Assembly: GCA_048938895.1 (NCBI GenBank)
Contig: JBHLLU010000010.1
Coordinates: 34,001-98,000 of the forward strand
DNA length: 64,000 nucleotides
Reading direction: 5' to 3'
From: Promethearchaeota archaeon
Lineage (GTDB): Archaea; Asgardarchaeota; Lokiarchaeia; Sigyniarchaeales; SOKP01
The position numbers were made by a program, and so were the translations under genes. This document shows positions 10,099 to 20,562 of the stretch, piece after piece; within the stretch, counting starts at the first letter, position 1, and each line of letters opens with the position of its first letter. Below the pieces are notes generated by a model. That model made no database searches and was not told where the DNA came from. It saw only the letters and a list, made by a program, of their open reading frames with translations.

Positions 10099-10280
10099 TT
10101 CTTACAATTTTTCTTATGATTTTGGTAACAACTATCACATAAGTAAGCCCCACAACGCTTACAAACATTACTGCATTCATCACAAAGTTGAGTATCGCAA
10201 TCTTCACAATTATATATAACCGAATCTGTGTTTTCACCACAGTTCTCACAAATTATATTATTTTCACTCATGTATCTCAT
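10095..10280 (-). CDS. small Cys-rich zinc-binding protein
   Basis: Five CxxC pairs plus HxxxC in 61 aa; 4-nt overlap with the downstream gene. Confidence 0.7.
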   Translation of the reverse strand: MRYMSENNIICENCGENTDSVIYNCEDCDTQLCDECSNVCKRCGAYLCDSCYQNHKKNCKK

Positions 10281-10420
10281 CTCATATACTTATATTTTAT
10301 ATTGATAATATTAATCTCTATTATTGTTAGATAAATAAAACAGTTTTACTTAATTCTCAAGGGATTAACACTTGTTTTCTAAAACTTTTTTTAAAGTATA
10401 ATATTCATAAGGATAATTCA

Positions 10421-12184
10421 GTGATATTATTATCTATGGAAAAAGAACAAGAAAGAACCGAAATTAAAATAGATTTCTCGAGAGAGCGAAAGTTTTTTGA
10501 ACAAGAAGGGAGTTCAAGAGTAATTACTTCTGGATCTCTTTATATGTTTTTTGCTCTGGTTAATGCGGGATGTATTTGGGTTTTCATAATACTGGCTACA
10601 GGTTGGGAAGGCTTAAAATATTTTGGATTAGCTACTGCCATTAATGGAATGGTTGGATTGGTAGGGATTGGGATTTCAAGATATTTTATCGCCGAAATAA
10701 AAACGGCTCTCATTTTAAATGCTGAATTAGGAAGAATAAAAGCTGCGACTTATTCAAAAATACTTATTTTAATTGGATTAATTTTCGGTTTAACAATGAT
10801 TATGATTCCTTATATCTTTGGATTTTTCTTTACAAATACACTATTAAGAGAATGTGTTTTTGCTTCTGGATTTACCACCATATTGTTATATATTAACTTT
10901 GTATTTCAAATTGGATTGCAGATTAAAAACAGATATGATATTATTGCATTTTTATCAATATTTGCTGGAATTTTTCTGTTAATTGGAGGTTATATTTTCA
11001 TATCTCTTAACGTCAATCCATTTTGGTTTGCGTTTTATCCTTTTTTTAACATTACCACCTCAATTTTATTAGCTTTTTATTTCAATAGGGAAGCACCATA
11101 CTCATTCAAAGATATACTAAAAGCTGGTCTAAGAACAAGGACTATGAAGATGAGAGCTTCACCAGAAATAAGAGAGTTCATTGAAGAACACCAAATTTGG
11201 ATATATATGAAAAATTCTGCCTATTCAATGCTTACCAACATCCAAAATTCAAAATTTTTTGAAGATTTAATATTTTTTTTTGCTGCGCTCTATTTAGCCA
11301 TATTTACTGATCCGGAATACCAAGGGTTTGCATTAAGTTTACTAACTGTATTAATGACTTACGGTGCCGTCAAATCAGTTATTTTATATTATTCAGCCCC
11401 ATTAAATATTGAAATTGCAGAAGCAAGTGCAAAAAAAAGATATGACACAATTGAAACTTCGATTAATGACTCTACAAGAGTTTCAAGTATTTTAGCACTT
11501 GGATTTTTAACAGCAATGGTAGCTCTTTCAGGAAAATTATTGCTTTATTTACATAGAGATTTGTTTTTAGAGGGAGGATCAGTGAATACAGACGTTTTAA
11601 CAATGGCTGAATTTTTGTTTATTTTTATTATATTTGGTCAATTTTTATATGGTTATTCTACACTATTTGGGAATGCGTTAATTGGGTCTGGAAATGCAAA
11701 CTCTGCAGCAAGAGGTTTTCTAATCACAATAATACTTATAACGAGTTTATCTCCAATTTATATTTTCCTTTTCGGTATAATAGGGATCGGATTTGTCATG
11801 TTGATCTCAGCTTTCTTCTTATTACCTTATACAATTTGGCAGTTGAAAGGAAAGCTTAATATACATTATAATGTAAGAATTTATCGCTTGATTCCTAATA
11901 TAATTATTTTATTTTTCATATTATGGGTATTTCCGATTAATAATACTATTATTTTAATCTTAAGTATTATCATTGGGGCTTCAATATATTTAATGTTGAA
12001 TCCATTCTTTGGAGTATCTATTCCTGCTGATCTTCAAATGATAAACGACTTATTCAATACATTAAGAATTAAATTCTTTGGGGATTTAATAGTCAAAGCT
12101 ATGAGAACAACTTATAATGTAAGTCCTTTAAATAAGGATCAAATCGTTCTTGAAGAAAATAGACTGGTATTAGTTAAGAAATAG
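10421..12184 (+). CDS. MOP/MATE-superfamily polytopic membrane protein (flippase-like)
   Basis: About 14 TM in two halves; GISRYFIAE and GNALIGSG motifs resemble polysaccharide flippases. Confidence 0.6.
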   Translation: MILLSMEKEQERTEIKIDFSRERKFFEQEGSSRVITSGSLYMFFALVNAGCIWVFIILATGWEGLKYFGLATAINGMVGLVGIGISRYFIAEIKTALILNAELGRIKAATYSKILILIGLIFGLTMIMIPYIFGFFFTNTLLRECVFASGFTTILLYINFVFQIGLQIKNRYDIIAFLSIFAGIFLLIGGYIFISLNVNPFWFAFYPFFNITTSILLAFYFNREAPYSFKDILKAGLRTRTMKMRASPEIREFIEEHQIWIYMKNSAYSMLTNIQNSKFFEDLIFFFAALYLAIFTDPEYQGFALSLLTVLMTYGAVKSVILYYSAPLNIEIAEASAKKRYDTIETSINDSTRVSSILALGFLTAMVALSGKLLLYLHRDLFLEGGSVNTDVLTMAEFLFIFIIFGQFLYGYSTLFGNALIGSGNANSAARGFLITIILITSLSPIYIFLFGIIGIGFVMLISAFFLLPYTIWQLKGKLNIHYNVRIYRLIPNIIILFFILWVFPINNTIILILSIIIGASIYLMLNPFFGVSIPADLQMINDLFNTLRIKFFGDLIVKAMRTTYNVSPLNKDQIVLEENRLVLVKK

Positions 12185-12185
12185 A

Positions 12186-12674
12186 TTATTTTTTGAATGT
12201 CTTTGAAATTTTGGAAAATTGATTCTTTATTATAAAAATTATTAAAATGACTTGTAGTCCTATTAAAGAATACAACAACAAATCTAAGTAAAAGCTGGCA
12301 TGTACATTCATACCTAACCAACTCTTAATCCAACATCCAGAATCACCATTAGTGAACAATAAACAATCGGTAACTGATAAATAGAGAATATGAAATCCCA
12401 ATGATAGAATAATAACGAGTATTCCTAAGATTATTTGAAAATAAAAATATTTACTAACTCTTCTATGCATCAAGGGTGGATTCAATATTAAATTTTCATT
12501 CTTCTTTAATTGGTCAATAATAAGCTCTTTTAAGAGTTTTTTCTCATTCAATAAGTTTTGATTCTTTTCTTTTAAGAGTTTATTCTGAACAATTAAATTT
12601 TGATAATTTATATTGAGTTGTTTAGCTTTCCCCTCAAGTTCCTGATTTTTTTTGTTAACCCCAGACTTACTCAT
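12186..12674 (-). CDS. hypothetical protein, N-terminal coiled coil plus 2 TM
   Basis: Heptad-rich N-terminus, then two hydrophobic helices flanking a loop with two Cys. Confidence 0.65.
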   Translation of the reverse strand: MSKSGVNKKNQELEGKAKQLNINYQNLIVQNKLLKEKNQNLLNEKKLLKELIIDQLKKNENLILNPPLMHRRVSKYFYFQIILGILVIILSLGFHILYLSVTDCLLFTNGDSGCWIKSWLGMNVHASFYLDLLLYSLIGLQVILIIFIIKNQFSKISKTFKK

Positions 12675-12917
12675 AATAGTATTTACATATTCTTAGGAAA
12701 GAGATTCTGAAATATAAAATATCTAAAAATATTACCCCAATTTTGTATAATTTGAATATTTAATAAGACTTATCCTATTAATAAATAATTAAAATATTTT
12801 TTTTCCGTTATGTTAAAACAAATTTTGAATGAAATGTTAATTAAAAGAAAAAAGAAAATAGTAATAATAATTTAGAATAAAATTTAAAAATCAATAAGAA
12901 AAAAAAAGGTGTAAAAT

Positions 12918-13778
12918 TTAATATTCATAAAAACCCTTCCCAGTTTTCCTCCCAAGATGGCCATCATTTACCAATTTTTGCAATAATGGGCTTGGGCGAT
13001 AATTAGTTCCTAATTCTTTTTCTAAATAAGTTCCTATATGGTGGTATGTATCATTACCCACTAAATCAGACAATTCTAAAGGTCCCATAGGAAAATTGAA
13101 TGCTAATTTACATGCTGTATCTATATCTTTAGCATCAGCGATTCCTTTCATTAATAAGTTGATTGCTTCATTGCATAATACATAGATGAGTCTACTTGTT
13201 ACAAAACCAGGTGAATCATTGATAACCACCACTGTTTTCCCCAAACTTTCAGAAAATAGCTTCGACTTTTCTACTATTTCATCTGAAGTTTTTTTCCCCT
13301 TTATTAATTCAATCAATTTCATCACTGGAGCAGGATTAAAAAAATGAATTCCTATTATCCTTTCTTGGTGCTTACTTTTTGAACCTATATCTGTAATGCT
13401 CAATGATGATGTGTTAGAAGCAAGAATGATATCAGTGTTACACTTTCTGTCTAGCTGAGAGAATAAATCTTGTTTTAAATTCATATCTTCAGATACAGCT
13501 TCAATTACCATTTGCACATTCTCAATTGCATCATCTATACTAATAGTAGTATGTATTCGATTAATTACTTGTTCTGCATCTTCCTTGGTGATTTTATTTT
13601 TAGCAACAAAAAACTTCTGTAAGTTTGAATCAATCAAATTATTGCTTTTGACTAATATATCTTCACTTATATCAACTAAATTCACATTGATTCCGTTTAT
13701 TGCTAATAATTGGGTGATTCCTGACCCCATTATACCTGCTCCGATTACACATACGCTTTTTATATCCATTCTCACCAC
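12918..13778 (-). CDS. hbd: 3-hydroxyacyl-CoA (3-hydroxybutyryl-CoA) dehydrogenase
   Basis: [52 protein letters not shown]. Confidence 0.92.
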   Translation of the reverse strand: MVRMDIKSVCVIGAGIMGSGITQLLAINGINVNLVDISEDILVKSNNLIDSNLQKFFVAKNKITKEDAEQVINRIHTTISIDDAIENVQMVIEAVSEDMNLKQDLFSQLDRKCNTDIILASNTSSLSITDIGSKSKHQERIIGIHFFNPAPVMKLIELIKGKKTSDEIVEKSKLFSESLGKTVVVINDSPGFVTSRLIYVLCNEAINLLMKGIADAKDIDTACKLAFNFPMGPLELSDLVGNDTYHHIGTYLEKELGTNYRPSPLLQKLVNDGHLGRKTGKGFYEY

Positions 13779-14575
13779 TATTTCCTAAATTTATTAAAAT
13801 CAGGTTTACGTTTTTCTAAAAATGCATTTTTCCCTTCTACCGCTTCATCTGTACCATAATATAATGATAATCCCCCAACTCCTAACTGAGTAACTCCTGT
13901 TACTCCATCCGTTTCAGCTAAAAATGCATATTTCAGCATTTTTAACGCGTTAGGGCTTTTTTCTAGTAATTCATTACACCATTGCTCAACTTCTTCATCT
14001 AGTCTTTCCATGGGGACTACTGCATTCACAAGTCCCATCTCCAAAGCTTGTTGAGCAGTATAACGTCGACAGAGATACCATATTTCTTTCGCACGTTTTA
14101 TACCTACAGCACGCATTAAATCTCCCGTTCCATAACCGGGGTCAAAAGATCCAACTCTCGGTCCAGCTTGTCCTAATTGGGCGTGTTCTGCTGCAATACT
14201 TAAATCACAATTAACATGCCATACATGACCACCCCCGATTGCATATCCATTCACTCTGGCTATAACGGGTTTGGGCAGTGTACGGATGAGATGGGTAACA
14301 CGTTGCCAACCAACTTCGAGAGGTAACATTTGACTCCCTTTATACCCCCCCTTTTCTCGAGTACTCTGATCTCCACCGGTACAAAAAGCTTTTTCTCCAA
14401 TCCCCGTAAATACAACGACACCTATTTCATTATCAAAGCATCTATTAAATGCATCCATTAACTCATGCACTGTTTTCTGTGTGCACGCATTGTAGACTGC
14501 AGGACGATTGATTGTGATTCGAACTATACGATCTTTCTTTTCAAATATTATATCTTCATAATCCAAAATTTTCAA
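13778..14575 (-). CDS. crotonase-family BadI/MenB-like enzyme (2-ketocyclohexanecarboxyl-CoA hydrolase or DHNA-CoA synthase)
   Basis: [48 protein letters not shown]. Confidence 0.85.
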   Translation of the reverse strand: MKILDYEDIIFEKKDRIVRITINRPAVYNACTQKTVHELMDAFNRCFDNEIGVVVFTGIGEKAFCTGGDQSTREKGGYKGSQMLPLEVGWQRVTHLIRTLPKPVIARVNGYAIGGGHVWHVNCDLSIAAEHAQLGQAGPRVGSFDPGYGTGDLMRAVGIKRAKEIWYLCRRYTAQQALEMGLVNAVVPMERLDEEVEQWCNELLEKSPNALKMLKYAFLAETDGVTGVTQLGVGGLSLYYGTDEAVEGKNAFLEKRKPDFNKFRK

Positions 14576-14785
14576 CTCAATTTTATAATTTTATCAAATT
14601 GAAATACATTCATTAAACATAATCTCATAACCTTTAAAACACCTTTCCAAATTTAATTTAAAATTTAAAGAGAGAAATACTACGTGAAACCCTAATTTCA
14701 CGATCAGAATTTTAGTTTCAATAATACTGTTTTAAAAGAAAGAATGATAAAGTATGTAAACTTTTAGAAATGTGTGAATAAAAGG

Positions 14786-15313
14786 TTATAAAACCATCTT
14801 TTGCTTAATCTCTTGAACCATTTTATAACCGTTTTCATTTATTTCAGTGATAATATCTCTTAATATTTCATTTATAGCCATGCCGTGCAAATCACACGAT
14901 ACATACAAAAGAGAGATGATCTCTTTCGCTAATATTGATATATTCTTAATATCATTAATAGGGATTCTAATTCCAAGAGCTTTTAAATCCAAGTGGGTCT
15001 CTTTTTCCTGTTGACGGATTGTTAGTAAAATATCATTTTTTCTACCTTTCCATTCTTCAGTAATCGCTCTTATTGATAATAGATATCTTTTTGTAGGACT
15101 TCCAATACCCATAACATCTTTTGCAAAATCTAAAGATTCAGAATTTCTTATTGTTTTTAACCCAAATGTTCTATTAAGTTTATAATTCTTGTCTAACTTA
15201 AGTTTCATTTTAGAAATTTCATCAGTTAATTGTTCGACTTTTAACGCTAATTTCTCGAATTTTTCAAGAAATAATTCTTCCACATTGGATTCATAATTGC
15301 TTATTATAGACAC
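14786..15313 (-). CDS. hypothetical protein
   Basis: 175-aa ORF with an N-terminal coiled coil. Confidence 0.65.
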   Translation of the reverse strand: MSIISNYESNVEELFLEKFEKLALKVEQLTDEISKMKLKLDKNYKLNRTFGLKTIRNSESLDFAKDVMGIGSPTKRYLLSIRAITEEWKGRKNDILLTIRQQEKETHLDLKALGIRIPINDIKNISILAKEIISLLYVSCDLHGMAINEILRDIITEINENGYKMVQEIKQKMVL

Positions 15314-15450
15314 CTCTAATGATTAAATATGATATCATTTGAATTATTCTTTGATAAAACTAATTATTAATCTATTAATCTATAGAGAATTTATAATTTA
15401 CAAAAAAGAATAAAAACTTAAATTTAATTTAGATTCCAAGGAAGTTCTCT

Positions 15451-16686
15451 TTAATAATCTTGGTCTTGATTTAACTTATGAGTTTCTTTTTCCACTTCAT
15501 CCTCATCGGTAATATCAACACTTTCCAACGATGTTATTGCATCTTGTTCATCTGTTTTTGAAGGAGGGAGAAAAATAGTCTCTTTCTCCTGATCTATTTT
15601 TGTCTTTGTTTGGCTCTTCAGTTTATAATATTTACAAATTTCATATGTTCCAATAGCTATTAATAACAATAAGAAAAATGCCAAGACGGCTACATTTTTA
15701 ACGAGATTTATGAGATTATTGTTTAAATCTGCCAATTGATTAATAAATAGATAATCGATATCCTCAAATAAAGAATATGGGAAAAAGTGGATAAATTCAA
15801 ATGCTACTTTTGAAAGTATTAACCAGATAATGACTGTATCAAGTTTGAATCTTTTAAATCTTTTGCTAAGTAATTCTGCCTGTGATCCCATGAGAGTACT
15901 CAGAGAGTAGAATATAATAAACATATCTGGAATGATCATACCGAGATATGCCCAGATAGTATTGATTTCTTCAGAAATAGATTCAAGGTTAACAATACCA
16001 AGATAGATTTTTAATACCAAGAAAAGCGTGTAAAAAGAAACTAAGAGAGCAAAAATACCAAACCATCCTGCAAATACTTTTTTGAACATAAAGATAATTG
16101 ATATAGCTGTAAGTCCAAGTAATATTCCCCCAACGAGAATATAAACACCATTCAAGTACCATGGAACTTCAATTGGGTCTTCAATTACTATAGAAAAATC
16201 AAAAATTGTTGGTCCAATTACACACAGGAATAAAAATAGAATTGAACCAACAATACCGCCTATATAGATCAAAACTCTTATGAAAGATTTGGCTTTAGAT
16301 ACTTTATATAGTCTATTATCAATATTTCTACCAAGTAAATAAGCACCATAAAGAATAAACCAAGAAGAAAAGAAGAAATACGAAATTATAGAAATTGCGA
16401 AAAGAATAATGAGTAATATTGAAATTAAGAGCATTATTGGCAAAGAAATTAGCAAAAACAAGATAACTTTCCACGCGGGGTATTCAAAAATGTCTTTCTT
16501 TGATATCAGAGACAATAAGAATAAGAACATAAGAAATACTAAGAAAGGAAGGAATATGATTATACCTATGAAAGAAACTATAGGATCTGGGAAGGGTATT
16601 ATTGCTATACCAACTAATAACCATATTACAATAACTAATAATCTCCAATTTTTACCTAATTTCTTAAAATTATCAATAATATCCAT
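15451..16686 (-). CDS. polytopic membrane protein with acidic cytoplasmic tail
   Basis: About 10 TM helices; no family recognised. Confidence 0.7.
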   Translation of the reverse strand: MDIIDNFKKLGKNWRLLVIVIWLLVGIAIIPFPDPIVSFIGIIIFLPFLVFLMFLFLLSLISKKDIFEYPAWKVILFLLISLPIMLLISILLIILFAISIISYFFFSSWFILYGAYLLGRNIDNRLYKVSKAKSFIRVLIYIGGIVGSILFLFLCVIGPTIFDFSIVIEDPIEVPWYLNGVYILVGGILLGLTAISIIFMFKKVFAGWFGIFALLVSFYTLFLVLKIYLGIVNLESISEEINTIWAYLGMIIPDMFIIFYSLSTLMGSQAELLSKRFKRFKLDTVIIWLILSKVAFEFIHFFPYSLFEDIDYLFINQLADLNNNLINLVKNVAVLAFFLLLLIAIGTYEICKYYKLKSQTKTKIDQEKETIFLPPSKTDEQDAITSLESVDITDEDEVEKETHKLNQDQDY

Positions 16687-16786
16687 AAAAAATTAGTTAT
16701 ACTCCATATATTTAAACTTTCTGATTCAAATGAGCGATTTAAAAAGCCTATAGCATATTGTATTTAGGGTGTAGACTCGATTTGGA

Positions 16787-17590
16787 TTATTTTATAAATT
16801 CTGTTAAGTCTTTTTGAGGATTATGGCTATGAAAGCTTATAGCAAATTTATTTCTGAGATTATTTACACTTTCAGGGGCTGATCCCTGAAAATGGTTATT
16901 CACAATGATAAAAATTTCAAATACTTCTGGGATTTTAAGTAATTTTTGAACATTCTTATACAGATTTTTTAAAATTTTTCCCTGATCCCTCTGAATTCTG
17001 TTAAAAACAGTTAATTCTCTATCCCCGATTAATCTAATATAATAATAATATTGATCTTCTAAGTAAAAAGGTTTAATTCCAGGCATATATGTTGTTCCTA
17101 GTATTATTTTATTCCCATCGATAAGCTTAGAAAGGATTACTGGATTAAACCAAGAATTATCTCTAAACTCGATAATATATCGATAACCTGAGGGAAGTTG
17201 ATTAATTAGGCTTTTCATTTTACCGAAATGATTATCTGTGTATTTAAACCATGGCGGGAACTGCAAGAGGAATGCGATTGCTTTTTCCTTCAAGTGACTT
17301 AATATAGAGAAAAAATTTATTATGTTTAAGTCTAATTCAGGATCATCTAAATTATGAGTGATTTTTTGCCATACTTTTACAATAAAACGAAAATTTTCCG
17401 GAACTCGGTTTTCCCAATTTTTTACTATATCTATGGTTGGTATATTATAAAAAGTAGAATTTATCTCAACTAAATCAAAATTTTTTGAGAAAAATTCTAA
17501 ACGGTGGGCTCTCTCTAATTTTTTTGGATAAAAAGATCCAACCCAATCATTATAATCCCATCCAGCAGTTCCTATCTCAATTTTAGCCAT
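16787..17590 (-). CDS. DUF72 (YecE-like) protein
   Basis: IGTAGWDYNDWVGSFYP, VEINSTFY, KVWQKITH, LLQFPP, EFRDNSW, VNNH. Confidence 0.9.
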   Translation of the reverse strand: MAKIEIGTAGWDYNDWVGSFYPKKLERAHRLEFFSKNFDLVEINSTFYNIPTIDIVKNWENRVPENFRFIVKVWQKITHNLDDPELDLNIINFFSILSHLKEKAIAFLLQFPPWFKYTDNHFGKMKSLINQLPSGYRYIIEFRDNSWFNPVILSKLIDGNKIILGTTYMPGIKPFYLEDQYYYYIRLIGDRELTVFNRIQRDQGKILKNLYKNVQKLLKIPEVFEIFIIVNNHFQGSAPESVNNLRNKFAISFHSHNPQKDLTEFIK

Positions 17591-17764
17591 GGAAAGAATG
17601 CTTACATTAAATGTATCTTATACATTCAATGAATTTATATTAAAATAATTATTTTTTATGAAAAATTAATTTGAATTTAAAGATTTAAAATAGAAGTGAG
17701 TTTTAAAATATATAGAAAGAAAGATATAAATAATTCTGCTTGAAAATATAATTAGTGATTTAAA

Positions 17765-18496
17765 GTGAGTATAGATTGGACAAAAATAGAAGAAAATCCC
17801 AAAAAGAAGCATTCCATAGACGGTACTATTTTGTTAGACTTCAGAACGACTAATGAGGATTTAGAACTAAGAGTAAAACAATTGGTTAAAGAGTTAGAGA
17901 AAAAAGCAGAGAATTTAGAAAATGTAAAGAAGAAATTAGCTGGTCGAGAAAAAAGTCTAATTCAACTAACAGAAAAAAGATCAACAGCTAGAAAATCGCT
18001 TGACAATATAAAAGAAGAAAAATTGCATACAGATATAAAAGTGACACAATTAACAGCTGCAAAATCCGATCTAGAAAAAAAATTAAATGATTGTACAAAG
18101 AAAATCTCAACCTTAGAAAATCAATTTAAACATGTTGTGAAAAATTCAGAAGGATTTGAACAGAAGTTATTCCATAAAGAAAAAGAAATTCAAACCAAGG
18201 AAGAAGAGATGTTAAAGAAAACTAAAGAGATACTTGCTAAAGAGAAAGAAATTCAAAATTTAAAATCTCTTTTGGGCCAAAGAGATAAGGAAATTGATTT
18301 TCTCAAAAAGAATTTAGAGGTTGAGAAGGGAAAAACTTCCTATCAAATCAAACAAGTTGAAGCTCTTGAGGCGAATATGGCAAAATCAGAAAGTATTATA
18401 GGTATGATAAACAAAATTAAAGAATTACTTCATGTAAAAGGATTTCTATCAGATAAAGAATTTGAAGATCTATATTTAACTTTAAATATCTCGTAG
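17765..18496 (+). CDS. long coiled-coil protein (paralog 1)
   Basis: Continuous heptads; termini shared with the next ORF. Confidence 0.8.
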   Translation: MSIDWTKIEENPKKKHSIDGTILLDFRTTNEDLELRVKQLVKELEKKAENLENVKKKLAGREKSLIQLTEKRSTARKSLDNIKEEKLHTDIKVTQLTAAKSDLEKKLNDCTKKISTLENQFKHVVKNSEGFEQKLFHKEKEIQTKEEEMLKKTKEILAKEKEIQNLKSLLGQRDKEIDFLKKNLEVEKGKTSYQIKQVEALEANMAKSESIIGMINKIKELLHVKGFLSDKEFEDLYLTLNIS

Positions 18497-18685
18497 GACA
18501 TTTTAAGAAAATTTATTCATCTTGAAACAAAGTTTAATAACACCATCTTACATTATAGATTAATATCGAAATAAAATATTGCCTTAAGAATTATATTTTA
18601 ATAAAAGATATAAATTTCCTAACCAGAATTAAATATAAGTTCATTTAATTTACAAAAATTAAAAAATTGTTAGGGTGGTTAAAAA

Positions 18686-19420
18686 ATGTCGATTGATTGG
18701 GCAAAAGCGGAAGAAAGACCAGATAAAAAGTTAGCTATTGAAGGAAAGGTCTTATTAGACTTAAGATCAAAAATAAATAATTTGGAAAAGCAATTAGCTC
18801 AGAAAACAAAAGACCTAGATAAAACATCAAATGATCTTAAAGCGACAAAAGAAAAATTATCTGACGTCTCGAAAAAAGCAGAAGAGCACTCTAAAAACCT
18901 CGTGGAGACCAAAAAAAATTTTGAACGTGCTAAAGAAGAAAAACTTTATGCAGATGCTGAAATTAATAAAATTAAGGCCTCAAAGTCAGAACTAGAAGAA
19001 AAACTGTCAGAAACTAATTCAAAAATTACGGAATTTGAAAAAAAATTGAAAGAATCTTCATTAAAGGTAGAAACTCTAGAAAAAGAAAAAAATAGTGTAT
19101 TAGAAAATTATGAGCACGAAAAATCAAGTGTTAAGGACGAATTACAGCAAAAAGTAAACGAAATTGAAGCTCTTAAAAAGGAATTACAGTCAACTAAATC
19201 AGATAAATATGTCGAAATTGAAACTCTAACTAATGAGAAAGATGCTCAAGCAAAAGAAGTAAATGCACTTAAATTAAAAATTGAATCTCTTAAACAATCA
19301 GTTGCTGAAGCTAAAGGTGCACCTCAACTTATAGCAGAGATAAAGGGAATCATGGTTCATAAGGGTTTCCTTTCAGATAAAGAATTTGATGATTTACTTG
19401 AGAAATTAGAAAGTACATAA
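18686..19420 (+). CDS. long coiled-coil protein (paralog 2)
   Basis: MSIDW...LLDLR N-cap and HKGFLSDKEFDDL C-cap match the previous ORF. Confidence 0.8.
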   Translation: MSIDWAKAEERPDKKLAIEGKVLLDLRSKINNLEKQLAQKTKDLDKTSNDLKATKEKLSDVSKKAEEHSKNLVETKKNFERAKEEKLYADAEINKIKASKSELEEKLSETNSKITEFEKKLKESSLKVETLEKEKNSVLENYEHEKSSVKDELQQKVNEIEALKKELQSTKSDKYVEIETLTNEKDAQAKEVNALKLKIESLKQSVAEAKGAPQLIAEIKGIMVHKGFLSDKEFDDLLEKLEST

Positions 19421-19443
19421 TAAATTCTTTTTATTGTATTAGA

Positions 19444-20538
19444 ATGGTTAACTTAATTTGGAATACGAAAGTTGATATTAGTACCAATATAGATGAATTA
19501 AAAAATAAATTTTCCAATTTTTTTGAACTTTTAATTATTGATTCTTATGCTAAAGAGAAAGAATCCCACATTAATTTAAAATATGAAAATTGGAATAATA
19601 AGTTATTTTGGAGTGATAATTTTAAAGTTATATTATATCTACTTAATGATTTTGAGAATAAAATCGATTTAATTTATATAGATCCCCCTTTCTTTTCTGG
19701 TATTAATTATAAGATTCAAATTAAAGAAAAAGATAAGATCTTTGATTTAATTGCTTATTATGATCACTGGAAGAAGGATTTAGATTCATATTTACAAATG
19801 TTATATGAGAGAATAATCCTATTCAAAAAGTTGCTATCAGATACGGGTCTCTTGTTTATTCATTTAGATTGGCATGCGAGTCACTATATACGATTGATAT
19901 TAGATGAAGTTTTCGGGAACGACCATTTCGTAAATAATATAATATGGTATTATTATAATAAGTACTCTGCAGGTAAGAAAAATTTACCACGTGCTCATGA
20001 TGATATCCTTGTATATTCCAAGACAAACAATTATACTTTAAATGAGATTAGATTACCACGAAAAAGACCAAGAAAGCAATTAATGCGAGTCAATGTAAAT
20101 GGGATCTTGAAAAATGTAAAAGATAAAGATGGTCATGTAAAATATCGTATGGTGTCTGATAAGAAATTAGATGATGTCTGGAAAATTCCATGTTTACAAC
20201 CTGCTTCAAAGGAATGGACTGGTTTTCCTACTCAAAAACATCATGAATTACTTGAGAGAATTTTAAGATTGGGCTCTAATGAAGGAGATTTGGTGGCTGA
20301 CTTCTTTTGTGGATCTGGTACAACTCTTTTAGCCGCAGAAAAGTTAAAAAGACGATGGATAGGGTGTGATATTTCTAATTATTCAATTTATATTACACGA
20401 AAGAGAATATTGAAATACCATAAAAAGAATCAGAACGAATATCCATTTGAAATTTTTACTCATATTGACGATAAAAAAGAGGAAATTATTAAATCAGGCT
20501 TTTTCCAAAAAGATCTTTCAATAGAAAGAAAAAAATAG
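19444..20538 (+). CDS. beta-class N6-A/N4-C DNA methyltransferase (Mod-like)
   Basis: IYIDPPF precedes FPTQKH and DFFCGSGTT. Confidence 0.9.
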   Translation: MVNLIWNTKVDISTNIDELKNKFSNFFELLIIDSYAKEKESHINLKYENWNNKLFWSDNFKVILYLLNDFENKIDLIYIDPPFFSGINYKIQIKEKDKIFDLIAYYDHWKKDLDSYLQMLYERIILFKKLLSDTGLLFIHLDWHASHYIRLILDEVFGNDHFVNNIIWYYYNKYSAGKKNLPRAHDDILVYSKTNNYTLNEIRLPRKRPRKQLMRVNVNGILKNVKDKDGHVKYRMVSDKKLDDVWKIPCLQPASKEWTGFPTQKHHELLERILRLGSNEGDLVADFFCGSGTTLLAAEKLKRRWIGCDISNYSIYITRKRILKYHKKNQNEYPFEIFTHIDDKKEEIIKSGFFQKDLSIERKK

Positions 20539-20562
20539 AAATTTATAAAAAGATAACGATCT

